A DNA stretch of 53,210 nt, filler included, from Sphacelaria rigidula (Eukaryota): assembly GCA_964200075.2 (NCBI GenBank). It is 4 parts of 4 records of this genome, joined end to end, with 100 filler letters (N's around TTAATTAATTAA, not from the genome) between each part and the next. Parts side by side here need not be neighbours in the genome. Positions count along the whole stretch, not along the records: positions 39,984 to 53,210 come from CAXNAA020003051.1; 3 more parts are not named here. One strand, given 5' to 3'. Under the pieces are notes generated by a model. It saw nothing but the letters and a program-made list of their open reading frames with translations, made no database searches and was not told the DNA's origin. Shown here piece by piece: positions 49,201 to 53,210 of this stretch. Position 1 is the stretch's first letter. Each line of letters begins with the position of its first letter. The translations under genes were made by a program, and so were the position numbers.

Positions 49201-52062
49201 GTGTGACCACGGGTGGAGCATGACTACCTCGGGGATCGGCTATTGTGCGACAATCGGGTATTCAATCGCTTGATGAAATAATGCATCTATAAGCAAAATC
49301 TTGCGCAAAATAGAGCGTATGCAACAAATAACAAGGTCACTAACATCTCTATACTCCACGACCTTACTCTTGGTATCGATATGAACAAGATATTCCGAGG
49401 ATAGCTGAAGCCCCACCCAGCTCGATACCGCCTCAAAACCTGGATGTTCCTTGTCGAGCTGCTTCAGCAATGCTGCCACCCCGATTTGCGGCTTCAATAC
49501 GTACTCGGTGGCCATGCTAATCATTCTACGTATTCTTCTTATTCTTCTTATTATCATTATGCCTGTCACATTAGCTCGATCTCTCCAACCCGCGGTCACA
49601 GAGTGCAAGGAGCCGACCACCCATACCCGTAAGTCAAACAGCCCGCAGAGGAAGGCAAGAAACAAAATGTCTAAACGAAAATGAGCACCTACACTAGGAA
49701 AGATCTGTATAAGACCGATTGGACTAGAAAACCTACCGGAATGTAAAAAGACCCCGCGAGTGACCTTTCCGACTACGTTGCCACGTACTGGTACACAAAA
49801 GAGTAACAGCGAGTAAGCTGATAATCGAAACGGTCGCGTAGAACAGAGACCAACCCCAAAACAGATCAACTGTCTATTGTAGAGTGCTGCTCAAAGAGAT
49901 CCTCTACAGAGCCCGGGCACCGGAGAGTGAACAACGTCGGAAAGGAATATCTAAAAAGACAAGAACAAAAGAAGAACGAGCCGATGGCAACGAGGAGTGA
50001 AAGCCAGGAACTATGATCTCCCTCGGGTTTTGATCGAGTATCATCGTCACGGAAACACAACAGACAGGGTGTGTTTAGCCTACACACGGCATAGCGCTAT
50101 CAGCAAAAAACAGAATCTGTTCAGAGTCCTATATTCAATAATGAAAGCATGGGATATCATCTGTATTTAGTATCCACAACAAATAGCTGTATCAAACCCC
50201 AACAGAAAGAATATTCCGCCCTCAACGAAATTAGCCTCCTGCTCTACTCTTCTCTGCTGCTAGTACACTGTGTTAATTTCTTCCCTACAGCATGGGCCAC
50301 GCTGATACGAAAAGATAATATATTATTGCTGGATTTTCGGGGGGAGGTGGGGGTTGGCGGGGGCTGGAGATCACCTATTTCCCCCAATGATATCCCTCCT
50401 GCTGGTTGCTTTTGTGTGGTGTTGACTCACCAATATATCAGGTGTAAACCCCGTGGCACTTTCTACGATAGCCCCCCCCCAAAAGTGCATGGTTTTGGGA
50501 TGCAAAATCTTCACGTAAATCGGAATGGAATAACCCTAGCACAACGAGAAGCGGGGAATGCCCACGCTTGAGTTCGTTCAAGACAATGTCGCCAATATGA
50601 GGTGCCTCATGCAGCCTAAACCCGAACATCAGGAGCTGTATGGCCATTTTTTTCGTGACACTTTTGAGCTGGTTTTGGGGGGGGGCACTTTCTAGAGCAA
50701 GACGCGTACGCCCTGTTGCTGCAAACCATTCGGGGAGTATCGTATTTACCACAAGACATCCTTGATTCCTCGACTTGGCATCACCCTCAACGAACAAGTA
50801 CCCGTGAAGCGAAAACATCCCCACGAGCCATCGGTGGCGCGATCTAGCTCACCATGGTATGTTGCACCAGCCGCCGTTCCAGCGGTGTGAGTTCCGTGAC
50901 CGTAGTAGGCCGCGTCTCGGTCGAAGCCGCGAGTTATTGTTGTTGAAAAGGACGTGGTCTGGGACGAAGTGGTCTCCCTGCGGAGTAGTGACGCACATGA
51001 TCGGTTGATTGGTTGATTGGTTGTTTGGTTGATTGGTTGATTAATCAATCGATTGATTGCCGCGCATTGACCGATCCCCGACGGACCAGGCCGTGATCGC
51101 AAGATAGGCGTACTTTAGGTAGAACAGAAACGGAAACGCTTGCTAAACAAACAAAACGTGGGACGAACTTAAAGGATGCGACAAACAGACTGAACTAAAA
51201 CAAAACAAAAAAAACAAGTCACGAAGAGGAAATGAGGGGAGAGGGAAGAAGTGATGATACTATTGGGGGAAGGGGATTGTGAGCCATTTCTTTCTTCCAC
51301 GAAATTCCCCCTCACATCATCGTTGAAAGCAGCAGCCTCAAATAGATTCGAAAGCGCTTTTTATCAGTGAGGCACACTTACTCATACCACGTCACACCGG
51401 TTTCACCCAAAACAACGCACCTCGAGTAGGTAGGTCGTCTGACACACCTGTGAGTCCTGTTTGCGTGAAATCAAACACCCCTCCCTCCTATCGTAGCATC
51501 ACTCGAAGGAGGAAACGGTCTCAATGAAGTTGAATAAATAATAATATGAAAAACGAAGTGAAACTAGAAATGGCCGACCCCGGCAACATGGGTTTGGGTG
51601 ACAGGCTGTGGGCAGTAAAATTGGTGAGAGCAAGGTATCGGCATAAAGCAAATGACAAAATAGGTACAACGGAAACAAGGATCTTCCAGGGGAAGTTGAC
51701 GAGGTTTAGGACTCTCAAAAGCACGCCAAACATAGTACATCCGCCAGCGCGTAAAACGTACTTGCCCATAAACCTCAAGACCAGACACCCACTCACGAGT
51801 AAGTTGACTCCGGGACGCCGTCGTCGAAGATGTAGCTGAACCAAAGTGATAGGTCATTAAGAATCATCCCACACTCCGAGTCATCAGGATACGGGATTAG
51901 CCAATCGTCCTCTTGTTCATCATCATCGAAGTTGTACGAGGTTGAGTATGCGCTTGTGTCGTAGTAGTCTTCGAAATCACTGAAATAGATGACGGACTCG
52001 TCCACCATACTACCAGTCTCCCCCTCTTCCGGAGCCTTGAACGTCTCGATGTATTGCACCAC
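43202..52062 (-). CDS. Subtilisin-like serine peptidase (S8, KP-43/TagA-like), partial; complement(join(43202..43306,44033..44268,44628..44793,45430..45845,50853..50977,51797..52062))
   Basis: Catalytic His GHGTHTAGTAAG, then GVAPGAKLAIFD, GAKIHSNSW, oxyanion VFAAGN, SPGTGKNVLTIGA, FSSYGPTPDGRIKPELVAPG and catalytic Ser GTSMACP. GT-AG introns with consistent phases (2,1,0,1,0). The catalytic-Asp exon and C-terminal exons were not found in the contig. Confidence 0.95.
45200..45283 (-). mobile_element. Internally deleted SINE S1 copy in a subtilase intron
   Basis: TTTGTCRCACTTTGAACC...TCGGGACGAGTCCGTGGTCT is joined directly to the head segment TAATGG...ACCACCGGG of the 12455-12778 element. Confidence 0.65.
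46928..47352. repeat. Near-perfect tandem duplication, 2 x ~212 bp
   Basis: TGTAA(T/C)CGCATTCGATG...AATGACCGACTGT occurs twice (starts 46928 and 47140) with only a few substitutions. Confidence 0.95.
48290..49001. mobile_element. Foldback/MITE with ~160-bp imperfect TIRs in subtilase intron
   Basis: 48290-48448 (TTTTACGAATCGCGGATGGATT...CTACACATGATGGTC...CCGCCAGGGTGGTAGTGCG) is the inverse of 48838-49001. A family B end lies inside. Confidence 0.85.
49520..49870 (-). mobile_element. 3' end of a non-LTR retroelement (same terminus as 11640-11898)
   Basis: Minus strand CTGTGACCGCGGGTTGGAGAGATCGAGCTAATGTG plus an A-rich (AATAAGAAG) tail. The 5' boundary is uncertain. Confidence 0.55.
50472..50686. 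mobile_element. MITE-like repeat family C, ~215 bp
   Basis: Termini CCCCCCCCCAAAA ... TTTTGGGGGGGGG are inverted; second copy at 29792-30007. Confidence 0.7.
51003..51100 (-). repeat. (AATC/AACC)n tail with adjacent retroelement-like 3' terminus, next to the acceptor of the catalytic-His exon
   Basis: GATT/GGTT tandem run at 51003-51058, preceded on the minus strand by GATCACGGCCTGG...CAATGCG. Confidence 0.55.
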
Positions 52063-53075
52063 CTATCTTGACCCATTGCATCAGGAATGTGATCGATAAC
52101 GTTAGCCAGTCATCGCAAGGGAGGCTGGTGGTGGTAATTTCAATCGTAGATTCCGTGGTGTTGTCGGGATACTTCGTGATCGAAGCATGGAGCACTATGA
52201 GCCTTTTCATGGAACTTCTTTGGGGATATCATGGCAGTCGATACTATCGAAGATTTTTCACGCGTTCATGGCAAAACCCGTTTCCCCAGGACACATGGTT
52301 CGTGTATTTGTAGATTTATAGGACGAACCTGCCGTCCATATCCACCGATCCCAGTCAAACCAACACCCGCCGCTCATGTGTGAGCATGGCTCAATGCTCT
52401 CAGGCAACGTCCCGACGCTGTACTCGCAACTCTCAGTGAAATACGTCTTCACCCGAACAGTATTGCTGACAATAAGCCGGAATCCACACCCATATATAAT
52501 ATATATATATATGTGGTGCTTGCTGGTTGAAGCGAACAGCTAGATCATGAACCTTGGTAAGGTGCACACCTTGGCTAAGTGCGTCGGCACGGTGTATATA
52601 ATAGTAAATTTGGACGGTGTGGGTTGACAGGGTGTACATCTGGGCTATGCACCCACCGTACAGCATGATATCACACAGTAAACGTGCCTCCCTCGTGACA
52701 GGCTTGTGTCAACACAGTATCATGAACGTGTTGCGGTTGGTCCATTACGCCATCAGGAAAGATTCAACCAATGGGAATGGGTAAGGAGCACTATCACGCC
52801 AGGTCCATGAGACTGCCGTAGCAGAATTCATGCCTGTTACTGCCGCGCCCTTGCCGTTGAAGGTTTGTGAGAACATAATGATAGCGGCGCGGTGCTGCCG
52901 TGTTACCTCGACGGCGCTTTCATGAAGATGACATCAGACTCTGATTACCAGAGTACAACCGTGCACATGTGAACAGAGGTTTTGTGTCCCGGTAGGACTC
53001 ACGATTGCGACTAAAGACACGACAGTATGCTTTCCAACTGTGTTGACAGTACTCAATTCGGAGACACATGCGCCG

Positions 53076-53210
53076 GTCGCTCCGGTGGCTCAGTTGGTGA
53101 CCTCGTAACCTTCTGATGATTGAGTAGGGGGTTCGATTCCCGGAGCGATCTGGAATATTTTCTCACCCCATGCCCAACAATGGAGAGCGACTATGTCGTG
53201 GGTACACAAA
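53076..53210 (+). mobile_element. tRNA-derived SINE S2 head, truncated by window end
   Basis: A box TGGCTCAGTTGG and B box GGTTCGATTCC, continuing into the sequence shared with 26470-26556. Confidence 0.8.

Noticed and set aside
49240..49869. 209-aa ORF nested in the subtilase intron
   Set aside because: It reads through a retroelement 3' end and its tail; the remaining ~90 codons have no recognisable motif or fitting splice phase.
16481..52062. Functional cluster of membrane protein, Mpv17, coiled-coil protein and protease
   Set aside because: The genes lie on different, artificially concatenated contigs; only the membrane ORF and the Mpv17-family gene are truly linked.
53076..53150. tRNA gene
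   Set aside because: No convincing anticodon arm, and the downstream sequence is shared with dispersed copies; treated as a SINE.

Overview
Eukaryotic, intron-rich, repeat-rich nuclear DNA of roughly 50% GC. The gene structure and repeat style suggest a stramenopile, probably a brown alga (inference only). The window is not one locus: it is four contigs of almost identical length (1-13229, 13330-26556, 26657-39883, 39984-53210) joined by artificial 100-nt N/TTAATTAATTAA/N linkers, so nothing can be inferred across the gaps. Contig 1 holds UBL5/Hub1 (minus strand, 2 exons visible, 4.6-kb intron with a TSD-flanked TIR element), a candidate divergent first exon, and a ~4.5-kb nest of inverted repeats enclosing a 6 x ~190-bp tandem array. 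Contig 2 holds an intronless orphan multi-TM ORF, a complete 4-exon Mpv17/PMP22-family gene, a TA-flanked MITE and SINEs. Contig 3 holds 10 phase-consistent exons of an unidentified coiled-coil protein. Contig 4 holds a decayed Ty1/copia RT-RNaseH and 6 exons of an S8 subtilase. Most entries in the ORF track are spurious because the genes are spliced. I found no CRISPR array, operon, rRNA or bona fide tRNA. The most unusual elements are the cargo-carrying long-inverted-repeat transposon family, the tandem array inside it, and the orphan membrane ORF.
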